Origin: Haliotis rubra
Taxonomy: Eukaryota
NCBI RefSeq assembly: GCF_003918875.1
Contig: NW_025765237.1
Span: 806,001-870,000 of the forward strand
Length of the DNA: 64,000 nt
Direction of reading: 5' to 3'
A program made the position numbers and the translations under genes. Positions within the stretch are counted from its first letter, which is position 1. Each line of letters starts with the position of its first letter. This document shows positions 23,568-34,835 of the stretch, one piece after another. The notes beneath the pieces were generated by a model, which was given only the letters and a program-made list of their open reading frames with translations, did not search any database and had not been told where the DNA came from.

Positions 23568-26476
23568 ATGGATCCAGCCGACGAGGGGAGCAGAATAGTT
23601 GCACTGCGGTGTCACTTTGCTAAAACATATTGTACAGCTGATACCGTGGATCTCCATGTTAAGTTCTCCCCACTGGCAGCAAGTCTCTCGCTTGACAAAC
23701 TGCATGAGAAACTGTTTCTTTGTGAGGATGCAGCACTCAGTGTCTACAACACTGATGTGTATGGAAAGTGTGGAAACAGTGTCACATCACACAGGACAGA
23801 AATCAGATTTAGCATCTTTGCTGAGGAAAGAGCACATGAATGTTCACAATGTGATGATTCGTATGTAGCTTGTGATTCTGGGTCAGGGTCCGACAGAGGT
23901 CAGACAGCAACATTCAAGGACTCCACAGAGAAGGGTGAACCTGCAGATCTGGGACCAGAGTCAGAGATCTCCAAGGTCAAGGTTGTTTCTAAAGATGCTG
24001 TTACGGGACCTATTACCTGTTTAGGTGAAGAACGTGCAGATGATGACTCTGATGGTTGTCCATCCGTTGACAGTAACAGGGATGAATATATTGGGGACCA
24101 AGTCAAGAGCGAGAAGGAGATAAAATGTGATCAGTGCCTTGAGAAGTTTGATTCCGAAATCCAATTGTCGATTCACTCTGTGTTGCATGTGCAGAACCTG
24201 ACGTGTGATGTATGCAGCGAAGTGTTTGACTCGAGGAGCAGTCTCCAGAAGCACATGCGAAGTCACGCAGGGCAGAAGTGTTTCAAATGTGAGCATTGTG
24301 ATAAGAGTTTCTTGGAGAGGAGTGACCTGACAGTCCATGTGAGGGAACATTCGGGGGAGAAGGTCTTCCAGTGTAAGGAGTGCGGGGAAACTGTTCAGTA
24401 GAATCAAAGCACTGAAGCGACACACCCTCAACTATCACAGCAACATTCCTGTTCATATCTGTAAAGTCTGCCGGATGGGGTTCACAGATGAAGAAGACCT
24501 TCGTTCACACATGTTCACAGACCACAAGGGAAACGAGAAGACAAGGTCACTCGACCAGCAGTACAAATGTTCTTTATGCCCGAAAACTTTCATCAAGAGT
24601 TCCCTCCTGAAGAACCATCTCCGCCTGCACCGAAATGGCAAACCCTATCGCTGCATGTACTGTGGTATCACTTTCAAGGATGAGTTGAGCTTCGAGCTGC
24701 ATCAGGAGATACACAAAGGTGAGACAGGCAAACCCTTCACCTGCAAGAACTGTGGACAATGTTTCTCAAGTCTGACCCTTCTGAAACAGCACAAAGCTTC
24801 CCATGATGGTGACATATACAAGTGTGAGATATGTTACAAGATTTTCCAGTCAGGGAAGTCTCTGAAAGATCATCAAAACATCCACAGCGGTATTAAGTCC
24901 TATGTTTGTAAGGTCTGTGGTAAGGCTTTGGTGAGTGCAAACAGATTGAAGAGTCATCTGAAAACTCATATCATTGATAAACCCTACAAATGTGAGTACT
25001 GTCAAAAGAGTTTCATCAACCCAGGTGATCTGACCAATCACAGAAGAGTCCACACCGGCGAGAAGCCTTATCTATGTGAAATCTGTGGCAAGGGTTTTGC
25101 ATACAAGACATCCGTTCCCAAACACATGGTGGTCCACAGTGACCTGAAGCCCTACCAATGTGATTCTTGCCACAAGGTGTTCGCCTCGAACCTCCAGATG
25201 CACAACCACAAGAAGATCCACCTTGGACTAAAGAACTTTATCTGTGAAGTGTGCGGTAAGCGCTTCACAACTGGCAAGGCCCTGAAGGTTCACAAGTTAA
25301 TGCATGAAGGTTACACAGGACACGACTGTGACATATGTGGGAAGAAATATAGAAATGTGTACTATCTTGAAATTCACAAGAAAACCCATACAGGCAAGAA
25401 CCTCCTTCAATGTCACATGTGTGGAGATTCTTTTGCAGATCCAACCTACTTCAAGCTTCATCAGCGAAAGTTCTGCAAGACGATCTTGATATATTGTGAG
25501 TTGTGTAACCGAGGCTTCCCTAACAACAAGGACCTGAAGAGTCATATGGGCTACCACAGCGGTGAACGACCCTACGGCTGTGATGTCTGTGGGGAAGGCT
25601 TTCGCCAAGTCGGTGTTTCTCTCAGACCACATGAAGAGGCATAATCCTGATAATCTCATCAAGTGTTCTGTATGTGGTAAAGGGTTCATCAACAAGAAGG
25701 AGGTCCGCAGACACGAGGCCCGACACAAGAACATTAACAAGAAACGAGCATCACCTCGTATTGCTGTCAGTATTGACCCAAATCAAGTCACAGATCTTCC
25801 TGAATTTGAATCAGGAACTATAGAGTCTAAGACATTAGGATGCAGTCTTCCATCAAGCAGTATTGCAGACAGCCATGATCAGGTTTTACAAGAATATGCT
25901 CAGTCTATAGAAAGTATACGGAAGTCTGTGATTCCAACATCATCAGGGTATGAGATGAGACCAGATGATACTATCCATGCAGGACCGATTCCAGTTGGAA
26001 TCCCTTCAGGGCTTCCTCATGGACCTCCACAGGGACTTCAGCAAGGCCTTCCTTCAGGGCCATCATCGGATCCTGCTCAAGCAGTTCAAGGGCCACCTCC
26101 AGGTGTGGCTCCAGGTCATCCTCCACTGACACCTCAAGGCCAGCCACTGATGCTACCAGCAGCTGACCCAATTCATTATGCTCACATGGACTCCTGTGCA
26201 GGGAAGAAGCCATACACTGTGGAGGGCCTGGACTCACAGCACCAGATTATCAATGACCCAATTCCGCCACACTTGGATTCACGCCACTCCTACTCATCTG
26301 TGTTCACGCGGGAGAGTGGTGAGATGGTTCTGATGCAAGAAGGACTGGCTGCCATCATGGACCAGTCCGTGGAGCGACGAGCTGTGCAAACATTTGCTCC
26401 TCCCCCCATGCAGTACTTCTACCCCTCCCAGCAGAACCGGTACCATGAGGGGGACAGCATGCCCAAGTACTCATAG
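23568..26476 (+). CDS. ZNF-D: C2H2 poly-zinc-finger protein (~19 fingers) with a diverged copy of the shared N-terminal domain and a Pro/Gly/Gln-rich tail
   Basis: Joins ORFs 23568-24401, 24475-25644 and 25562-26476; removing one G from G4 at 24384-24387 and at 25591-25594 restores CGKLFSRIKALKRH and CGKAFAKSVFLSDH; acceptor tttctctttccag at 23475. Confidence 0.9.
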
Positions 26477-27287
26477 TATGTCTGCAAACAGATGGTACAT
26501 CCAAGTACTCATAGTATGTCTGCAAACAGATGGTACATCTAAGTACTCATAGTATGTCTGCAAACAGATGGTACATCCAAGCACTCATAGTATGTCTGCA
26601 AACAGATGGTACATCCAAGTACTCATAGTATGTCTGCAAACAGATGGTACATCCAAGTACTCATGCAAACAGATGGTACATCCAAGTACTCATAGTATGT
26701 CTGCAAACAGATGGTACATCCAAGTACTCATAGTATGTCTGCAAACAGATGGTACATCCAAGTACTCATAGTATGTCTGCAAACAGATGGTACATCCAAG
26801 TACTCATAGTATGTCTGCAAACAGATGGTACATCCAAGTACTCATAGTATGTCTGCAAACAGATGGTACATCCAAGTACTCATAGTATGTCTGCAAACAC
26901 ATGCAAACAGATGGTACATCCAAGTACTCATAGTATGTCTGCAAACAGATGGTACATCCAAGATGTCTGCAAACAGATGGTACATAAGCACTCATAGTAA
27001 GTCTGCAAACAGATGGTACATCCAAGTACTCATAGTAAGTCTGCAAACAGATGGTACATCCAAGTACTCATAGTATGTCTGCAAACAGATGATACATCTA
27101 AGCACTCATAGTATGTCTGCAAACAGATGGTACATCCAAGTACTCATAGTATGTCTGCAAACAAATGGTACATCCAAGTACTCATAGTAAATCTGCAAAC
27201 AGATGGTACATCCAAGTACTCATAGTATGTCTGCAAACATATGGTACATCCAAGTACTCATAGTAAGTCTGCAAACAGATGGTACAT
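26463..27287 (+). repeat. 38-bp minisatellite (~22 copies) spanning the ZNF-D stop codon and 3'UTR
   Basis: ccaagtactcatagtatgtctgcaaacagatggtacat with period 38; degenerate copies resume at ~27660-27731. Confidence 0.95.
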
Positions 27288-27657
27288 AGAGAATCTCACC
27301 CGAGTGTCTTTTGATATCAAATATATCACCACGAGTTGATAAAGTAACAAATAAGGCTTGCTGATCATCAACGAGAGTTGATATATTTGATATCAAAAGT
27401 GACTAGGGTGAGATTCTATTTATCATCAAAAATCACACTTCATTAGTCTTCAATGAAAACTGTACATCTCTGAACACAGTACTGCCATTAGACTTGCAGT
27501 GCGGCGATGGCATAGCATTGTGACATCATCAAGTTCATGACGTCATAGCATTGTCAGGGCATTGTGCTAAATCTACTGTCAAAATGATATCTCCCAGGAG
27601 ATATCGTATGATCTCACACAAGCAATATCTCCTGTGGAACACAGTTTTGGATGATAA
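27288..27657. mobile_element. ~370-bp non-autonomous element inserted in the 38-bp array
   Basis: Interrupts a unit between ggtacat and ccaagtac; internal inverted repeat agaatctcacc...ttttgatatcaaatatatca / tgatatatttgatatcaaaa...ggtgagattct (27290-27417). Confidence 0.65.
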
Positions 27658-28279
27658 ATCCAAGTACTCCTAGTAAGCCTACAAATGGATTGTATTCTTA
27701 TGTACTCATAGAATGCCTGCAAACAGATGGTGCGTTCCTCAGCTGATTATATTGTCAGGATCTGATTTGTGCTCAAGTACTGATGGCAGTAAGGGAAGTG
27801 TGTGCCTCCATGTTGACCAACTTTTGTGTCTTGAAACAGTGGTTGATTAAATTTTTGTGTCTAAGTATTTCAAATTAAATTTTAATTTTAAAATGTTCAA
27901 TAATTCATTAGACCTATGTACAGTAACACTCCCCCCAATTGCATGCAATCATTTTCATTGTAACACTAAATTCTATTCCTAATTTGTCATGATGGAATTT
28001 TCACCTATACAATTTGAACATTCACAGACTAAAGCATTAACTGTAAATCAGTGTTTGTAGGTCAAGCATTATGTAAAAGAAGATGAGTTGTCGGGTTACA
28101 TATCATCAATGCTATTTTACGGCATGTGTGACATGATCACGTTATTATGTTCTGGGATTCTGGAAGCATGGTCCTGAGTGGATGATGTGTTTGATGTAAT
28201 TAGTTCACACTTCACTTCAGTCAACTCGACCACCTCTCACTTGAGACTAGTTGTAACCTATGCAGTATTAGTACAATTA

Positions 28280-28420
28280 CTGGTCAGGCTCACTGACTTG
28301 GTTCACACATGTCATCGGTTCCCAATTGCGCCGATCGATGCTCATACTTAGGCAAATACTTAGTAGCTGGAATATTGCTGAGTGCAGCATAAAACTAAAT
28401 TCATTCATTCACTCACTCAC
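28280..28420 (+). mobile_element. SINE family B, internally deleted copy
   Basis: tggtcaggctcactgacttgg...gctggaatattgctgagtgc...cactcactcac. Confidence 0.75.
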
Positions 28421-29258
28421 AAATGAAGACTACCAGCGGGCTGAATCAAATGTTGATCGACAGTTGTTGGAGGGATGCCGGGTCCATGGGAGCACACTGA
28501 TAACATCATCATCCTGGACAAACCATTTTTGGTGTTTATTATTTTGTTGTTTGGTTTATGGAACCAAAACATCAAAACAGAAGTGTGAAAATCCAGTTTG
28601 AAAGCCTGATAATCATATTTGATTAGAATCGACAGTTGTTTCACTGACATATCGAGACGTGTGATATAAACAGAATTGTTTGCTCAAGTACAATGTATAG
28701 CTTCACAGTACTCAAAAGTGTGTGTGACTTTGTAGCTGCATCACATAATGTGTTACATTATTTCTGGAGAGGAGAATTTGAAAGTTATATTTCTCTAGAA
28801 TATGTCTAATCATCTTTTAGTTTCAACCACTCACCACAGATATTGAACATTTGCCATAAGCAAACTCACTCATAGTGATCAGGAAATATTCATGATGAAC
28901 AGGGCTGTTTTTGTTTCCATCAGGGCTTGTTTGTGTTCTTCAAAGCGAATTATGTTGACCAGGTCCTTTTGGGTTCTTCGCAAGGAGGCTATATTCTTCA
29001 GGTCCAGCTTAGTTCACTGAGCCTATTTAGTGTATCACTTTGGCTTTTCCAGGCGTACCACTTGAGGTAGCATACTTGTATATAACAAAACATCCCTTAC
29101 CTTGGTCAAGGGACACAAACAATTATGATTACTGAGACAGCACAGACTGTCAGCATGTCTTGATGTGGTTAAAGCTTGTTTTTGTTGTGTTGTTATAATA
29201 GTTATATTTCTGTTATTGTCACTTGAGTTGATGAATGTCGGAACATATTGTATGTTAT

Positions 29259-29577
29259 GGCCAGACCAATTTTATTTCTTGTTTTAGGGATCCGCCTGTC
29301 ATATTTTTTTAAAGAATAAGAATTTTTTTTATTAATTTTCCCCGCTCAAAATATAAAATCCTAATGTTTTTATTGGCCAAAAAAGTAAAATTACAAAAAA
29401 AGTTTTTAGATTGTTTTTTTGCCCCATAATTATACACTTCATAAATTGCCAAAAGTAAAATACTAATTAGAAGTAATATTATTTTGACTGGTGATTTTAT
29501 TTTCATTTTTTTCCCTCCTGCCTTTAGGTTTTCTGAGGACAAAAATCCGTAAAACAAGAAATAAAATTGGTCTGGTC
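29259..29577. mobile_element. AT-rich MITE, PIF/Harbinger-like
   Basis: TIRs ggccagaccaattttatttcttgtttta / taaaacaagaaataaaattggtctggtc. Confidence 0.8.
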
Positions 29578-29804
29578 TAAAAGTTGTTATTCCAAATATA
29601 TATTTTCTGACCGATCAATAAAAATGTGAATTCTATTTTTGGTGTTTTATTTAGATAGTCTGAAGAAACAACACTATTCTATGCATACCCATTTGAAGAA
29701 CTGGTCCATGACACTGTTGTCCACACTGGTTCATATCTGACAGCATGAACTGTTGCTTGTTATGTCAACCAGTGGATGTGGTATTATTTGCTGGCCATTA
29801 GAGA

Positions 29805-29972
29805 GAGTGAGTGAGTTTAGTTTTACGCCGCTTTTAGCAATATTCCTGCAATATTCCAGCAATATCGGGGCGGGGGACACCAGAAATGGGCCTCACACAT
29901 TGTACCCATGTGTTGAATCGAACCTGGGTCTCTTCAGCATGAGGAGCGAACTCTAGGCTACCCCACCGCCCG
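29805..29972 (-). mobile_element. SINE family A copy
   Basis: gggcggtggggtagcctag head and (ACTC)n tail on the minus strand. Confidence 0.82.
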
Positions 29973-30678
29973 CTCGACACTAGAATATTGCCGACTAGGC
30001 AAAAAGCAACAAATATTCGTTTTGGAGTGAAACATCTGTCTTCCTGGAAGTTGATAACTATTCTTCAGATCAAAGATTTTCGGAAGTCATATGTCTGACC
30101 GACGAAGTACTCACAGGACCTGCAACGAAGAGCGCACAGACATTGTGAACTCTTGAATGATGAATTGCGTTTCGTATAAAGATATCTTCTTTTAGTTAGT
30201 GACATGTTTAAAATTGTTGGTGGGATAATCGAGATAACAAAAGATGTTTTTAAGCGTCTGAAAACCCATAACGCAACATAAGGAAGTTAAGTCCTCAGAT
30301 GGAGTTATATCGGTGATCACTAAAAATTCATGTTTTGACCACACAATCCTGTTATTGACACAATAAGCATCGATCTTCACAATTGGAATATGACATGTCA
30401 ACCACGTCAGAGGGCATGGTTATCCAGTCATAGCCTCTAAGGACAAGCAGGGGTTGCTGAAGACTAATTGTAACACATGGATCTTCATGGCCCCCCGAAA
30501 CAGTAGTGTAGGGTTTACAAGGTTTGTTTTTTATGTAATTTCATAATGAAAACGCACTGTTCTTCATACATTGGAGATTTTCTAAACTATAAATTGAGAT
30601 TGGGTAAGATATCTGTTAATCTCTAGACCACTGTCAATATAACAAACAGAGACATTAAACAACAGCAACAGGCACTTA

Positions 30679-30817
30679 TGACGTCAAGTCACGTAATACC
30701 CCCTCTGCTCATTAACTGTCGGGTGTTTCCGTAATAGGCGGAAATACGAGTACGAGTTTCGTTCGTATTTTCCTTTAACTGATTTGGAAAATGTTGTTAT
30801 TTCATTTCAAGGTGAGT
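30679..30817 (+). promoter_or_regulatory. Candidate promoter and first exon with CRE
   Basis: TGACGTCA 30679-30686, CpG-rich stretch, strong donor AAG|GTGAGT at 30811/30812. Confidence 0.45.
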
Positions 30818-30952
30818 TTGGTACTACGTAATTTGTCAAAATACACACACAGTCAGGTGAATGTGGGACATACGGCCTAGTCCACGTGTTTGACCGGCCA
30901 TCCGTTTCACTATTACTTCCTCTTGTATGTGTCTTATAATTTAAAACTCTAT

Positions 30953-31195
30953 ACCCGGGTTACAATTCATCTTCAGCAACCCATGCTTGTCGTAAGAGGC
31001 GACTAACGGGATCGGGTGGTCTGACTCGCTTACTTGGTTGACACATGTGATTGCATACCAATTCCGTAGATCGATGCTCATGCTGTTGATCACTGGGTTG
31101 ATTCAAACTCGGGTTCGAACTCGTTGATTTACAGACCGACGGCAAATACTTAGTAGCTGGAAGATTGTTGAGTGTGGTGTTAAACAACAAACAAA
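30953..31195 (+). mobile_element. SINE family B copy
   Basis: cagcaacccatgcttgtcgtaagaggcgactaacgggatcgggtggtc core and tail. Confidence 0.82.
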
Positions 31196-31654
31196 TATAA
31201 TTTCCTGTTGTTTGTGATAATCTTTGTGTTCGATTAGTTTGGTTCCTCGTGAACAAAACATCTCGGAAATGTATTGTCCTTATCCACAACAAATTCTCAC
31301 CGAGTGACCCGAGTTAAATTTATCTTGTGTGAAACATAGCGGAGTTATGTCCCATTTTCTTTATGCGTTTGTTAACCCCTCTGTCGTCTTTTGACTGCTA
31401 TCCTTAGGGTAGTTATCTTGTAAATTTGCAATAGTTGACATTACAACATCTTTGCCATGTTATGGCGCTTGGTTTGTTCTCATTAATATTAAAGCAACAT
31501 GACATCACATCCCACATTGAGAATTGCTGAATCGAAGCGCAAATATCGAAACTTTTCACACTCAATATTTCTACACTGACGGTCTTCGACCGCCTCCGTG
31601 GTGTTCTGGATAGAGCGTGGAATGCCAATGGTTCGATCCCCTGGAGCACAGCAC

Positions 31655-31845
31655 ACAGGCGGGGCGGGGTTTGACGCCGAAATCGGAACTATGACGTCAC
31701 TTGTAAACGTCATCTCATTGTTCTCGTTTGCCTGTTTATGACGTCATTGATAGTTTCATATTTTGGGCGACAACGTCCAAGAAGCTAGGTGTGCCGACTA
31801 TACATCACCGCCCATTCGGGATGAAAGAAACGCGTGTCGGTGAGT
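31655..31845 (+). promoter_or_regulatory. Candidate promoter and first exon with GC box and two CREs
   Basis: GGGGCGGGG 31661-31669, TGACGTCA 31692-31699 and 31739-31746, donor TCG|GTGAGT at 31839/31840. Confidence 0.55.
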
Positions 31846-32283
31846 ACACCCGTTTTCATTATTCTATTATTCTAATACAAACGTATGTATGGACTGTAGT
31901 TCGTATGTATTCGGTACCACTGTTTCCGAACAGTGCTTGCATGTTTGTGAACCGGCCAACAGTAAATGCCAACCATTTTCTGTGTTGCTTCATCTAAAGA
32001 AAACATCATACTGAAGATATTGTGGGAAAATTGATGAGGATTTGCTATGGAAAAAGAATAAATGAAAATTATTAGGACTGTGTGGAAATAATACTAGAAA
32101 CAGGAGATAAACGTACTTTGTTTTCAATTTAGAGAACGTACTTTCAATACAGGATGCCTCAGTCTAGAGTTGTCGTTTTTCAAGTGAAGCATTTTAGAAG
32201 ATGTTTGTTATAAGTCTTGAATATCATTGCTATTGTAAGTGCAGCTCTTTCATCCACCACCCCCCATTTGAAACCGTAAATAC

Positions 32284-32900
32284 CAGGGCCCCGTTTCACA
32301 AAGCTCTCTTAGCGCTATGACTGTCGTAAGTCTTGGCAAGATTACAGAATACTGGATACCTAATTATATTCATTCTATTGTGCGCGTGAGGCTCCTATAT
32401 ATAGAAGAAACAGAGAGCGCGAGCCTGCGAGCGATCCCAATAAAAATAAGAATTTAAGGTAAAAAATAAGGTTAAAATCGAATTCCTAACCTTACTTCCG
32501 GTTTAGGAAACCTAAACTGGGGATTTTAACAGCGTTCACTGACGTAAACAGAGTAAAAAGTAATCGTGTGTTGAAATTTTATTCAAATGCATGCTGGGAA
32601 AAGGAACTCTACAGTGTGGGAACACTCTGATGGTAAGTCATTTTTGATTGGTAAGGTAAGGTAGGTAAGGCTTTTAAATAAAGGGGGGTACCCCCTTTAC
32701 CCCCATTATCTTACCTTTTTTTAGCTTTAATATTGTTTAATATTTAATATTTAATATTGAACGCTGCTTCAACGCAGCCTTCATTCATCGCGTGCCGTTG
32801 CTAAGGAAACAAAATCGAAGTGCGCAAAAATAAATGCGCAATCAAAATAAAAATGGCGGATAGGTATCCGGTATTCTGTAATCTTGCCAAGACTTACGAC
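32284..32900. mobile_element. Composite: Harbinger-like MITE left arm plus a nested TIR element
   Basis: Left arm cagggccccgtttcacaaagctctcttagcgct; 40-bp inverted repeat 32323-32362 / 32861-32900. Confidence 0.7.
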
Positions 32901-33109
32901 TTGGTTATCTCAGCAATACTGGTAGACTCTGGAGTAACCTTGGAGTTATCATGTATCTGGTGGTTAGATGCTGTATTTATGATAAATTTATTGAAACCTA
33001 CTACTATTTTTAATCGTAGTATATATACTTGCATATTGTTTTAATTTATGGTTAGATTATCTAAAATTACTAATAGCTGAAGGGATGGTGTAAATCCAGC
33101 TAGGATCCA

Positions 33110-33410
33110 TGCAGGAACCAAATGTACTGTAAGTCCCTGTGGTTCCTAGAATGGTGATCTACCTTCAGTCGCTGGCAATCTATAGCCTGTTTATATATTG
33201 TCCTGTCATGCATAGTTAAAATATTTTAGATTAAATTACTAGTTTTAAAGTTTTAAATTAATATCTGTGATAATCTAGTTGTTTTACTGTCGTTTGTTGA
33301 CAAATATTTATAACTTTACGTTTAATTTTTATGAATCTAAAACTTCATTTGCTCACGATATAGCTGAAATATTGCCGATGTGACTATAAATTTTAACTCA
33401 CTCACTCACT
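33110..33410 (+). mobile_element. 5'-truncated retroelement 3' end, second copy
   Basis: Homologous to 4305-4625; (ACTC)n tail. Confidence 0.6.
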
Positions 33411-33763
33411 TATGCTACCCGGAGACCATTCTACCGTTGAAGATCCGAAATAAAACTTATGTACAGCAACCCTTGCTTGTCGTAAGACGCCTTGTGACGT
33501 GAGAATACAGACTTCCAGACAACGGTCGGGAAAGCCTCCCAAACCCTGCTGTTTTAGCGAGGCAGATAAATATGGTGATAAAACTTCCATAGAGTTTCAA
33601 AGGAAGCCGCTCGTGCACATTCTTTACCAATGTAGAAGAAGATATCCCGTATGCTAACGATGTGCCGTCAATCCAGTGACCAAACGTGACCACTTGATCC
33701 ATTTAGATGCCTCTGAGGCCAAGGATGGAGTGCTAGGCAGCTATGTCTCAAAGGGTGTTAGTG

Positions 33764-34112
33764 AGGTGAGGTGAAATTGGGTTTAACGTCGTGCTTGAGA
33801 ATATTTCGCTCATATGACGACGTGCATGCGTGTGTATGTGTATGTGCGGCTGCTTGTACTAGCCCAGACTGAAGCTGGTTCTATAGTGCTAGCCCACTGA
33901 GATACCATGCCGCAGTGAAGCATGAATATCCCACTCAGACACATTATACTGACTCCGAGCCGACCAGTCCTTGTTGTACCCATTAATGCCGAGCGCCAGG
34001 CAGGGACCAACAAGTTCCATATTTTAACGTCTTTTGGTATGACGCGGTCGGGGATCGAACCCGCGACCTTCCGCTCTCCGTAACGCTCTAACCACTACAC
34101 CACGGAGGCGGT
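33764..34112 (-). mobile_element. SINE family C: tRNA head with V-SINE-like core, full length
   Basis: A and B boxes (gtggtgtagtgg, ggttcgatcc), core gtcataccaaaagacgttaaaatatgg...cctggcgctcggcattaa; 14-bp TSD aaagggtgttagtg (33750-33763 / 34113-34126). Confidence 0.88.
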
Positions 34113-34231
34113 AAAGGGTGTTAGTGTATTACTGTGTGACACATGCATCACAAAACATACCCACATCACTTGTCATACTTTCCCTTTTAGCAAACATGTC
34201 TATTTTGAAAACCCTCTTAATGTACAGGGAT

Positions 34232-34372
34232 TGGGGGGTAGTGTCGTGGTTAAAGCGATCGCTTGTCATGCCCAAGGTCCATGTTCGACTCCCCCAATGA
34301 GTACTATGTAGGAGGCCCATTGTTGGTGTCCTAGTAGTTGCACACAAAATCCATCTCACTCACTCTCTCACT
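34232..34372 (+). mobile_element. SINE family A, degenerate
   Basis: ggggtagtgtcgtggttaaagcgatcgcttgtcatgcc...gttcgactcccc. Confidence 0.65.
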
Positions 34373-34835
34373 AGACTACAAGTATGCTGTTTTAGAATGA
34401 CATCAACTGGTGTATTTGTGTTGTACAGCGTGGAAGGACATGAGGAAATACTGTGCGCTGCAGGCGGTTTCAGACGACGAGCTCAAACCTCCATATCTGG
34501 TCAGTACTGCATTAGCTGGGATCACGTGCTTCGTTCAGTTAGACCCCTTTTGACTTGAAATGGCAGAATGTTTGTCTGATTCGGTGTATTGGGTTTCTGG
34601 TATATGTCTGGGTGTAGCCTTAATGCAGATATAGTAGATATATGTTAAATTTGAACTCTGGCGATTGTTCTTTTCTTCTAAAGCCATATAAGTAAAACGT
34701 ATCAAGTATCAGGTTCATTGCATTGTTTTGTTAAACATGTTGTTTCGAAAACCCATTGAGTAATGCAAACCACACATCGAATTTTAAATACTGTGAATCG
34801 TATTCAAGCCACGCCCTTCCCGTCCTGTGGTGCAG

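Noticed and set aside
24380-25600. Programmed ribosomal frameshifting at two TGY-GGGG-AA sites in ZNF-D and at the other ZNF breaks
   Set aside because: No X XXY YYZ slippery heptamer; similar 1-bp indels also hit WDR47, so assembly error is simpler.
26463-27287. 38-bp repeat array as a CRISPR array
   Set aside because: Units are head-to-tail with no unique spacers, there are no cas genes, and the context is eukaryotic.
31592-31648. Vault-RNA-like or tRNA-like Pol III gene with A and B boxes
   Set aside because: Matches the family C SINE head (cgcctccgtggtgt...agagcg...ggttcgatccc) and has no oligo-T terminator.
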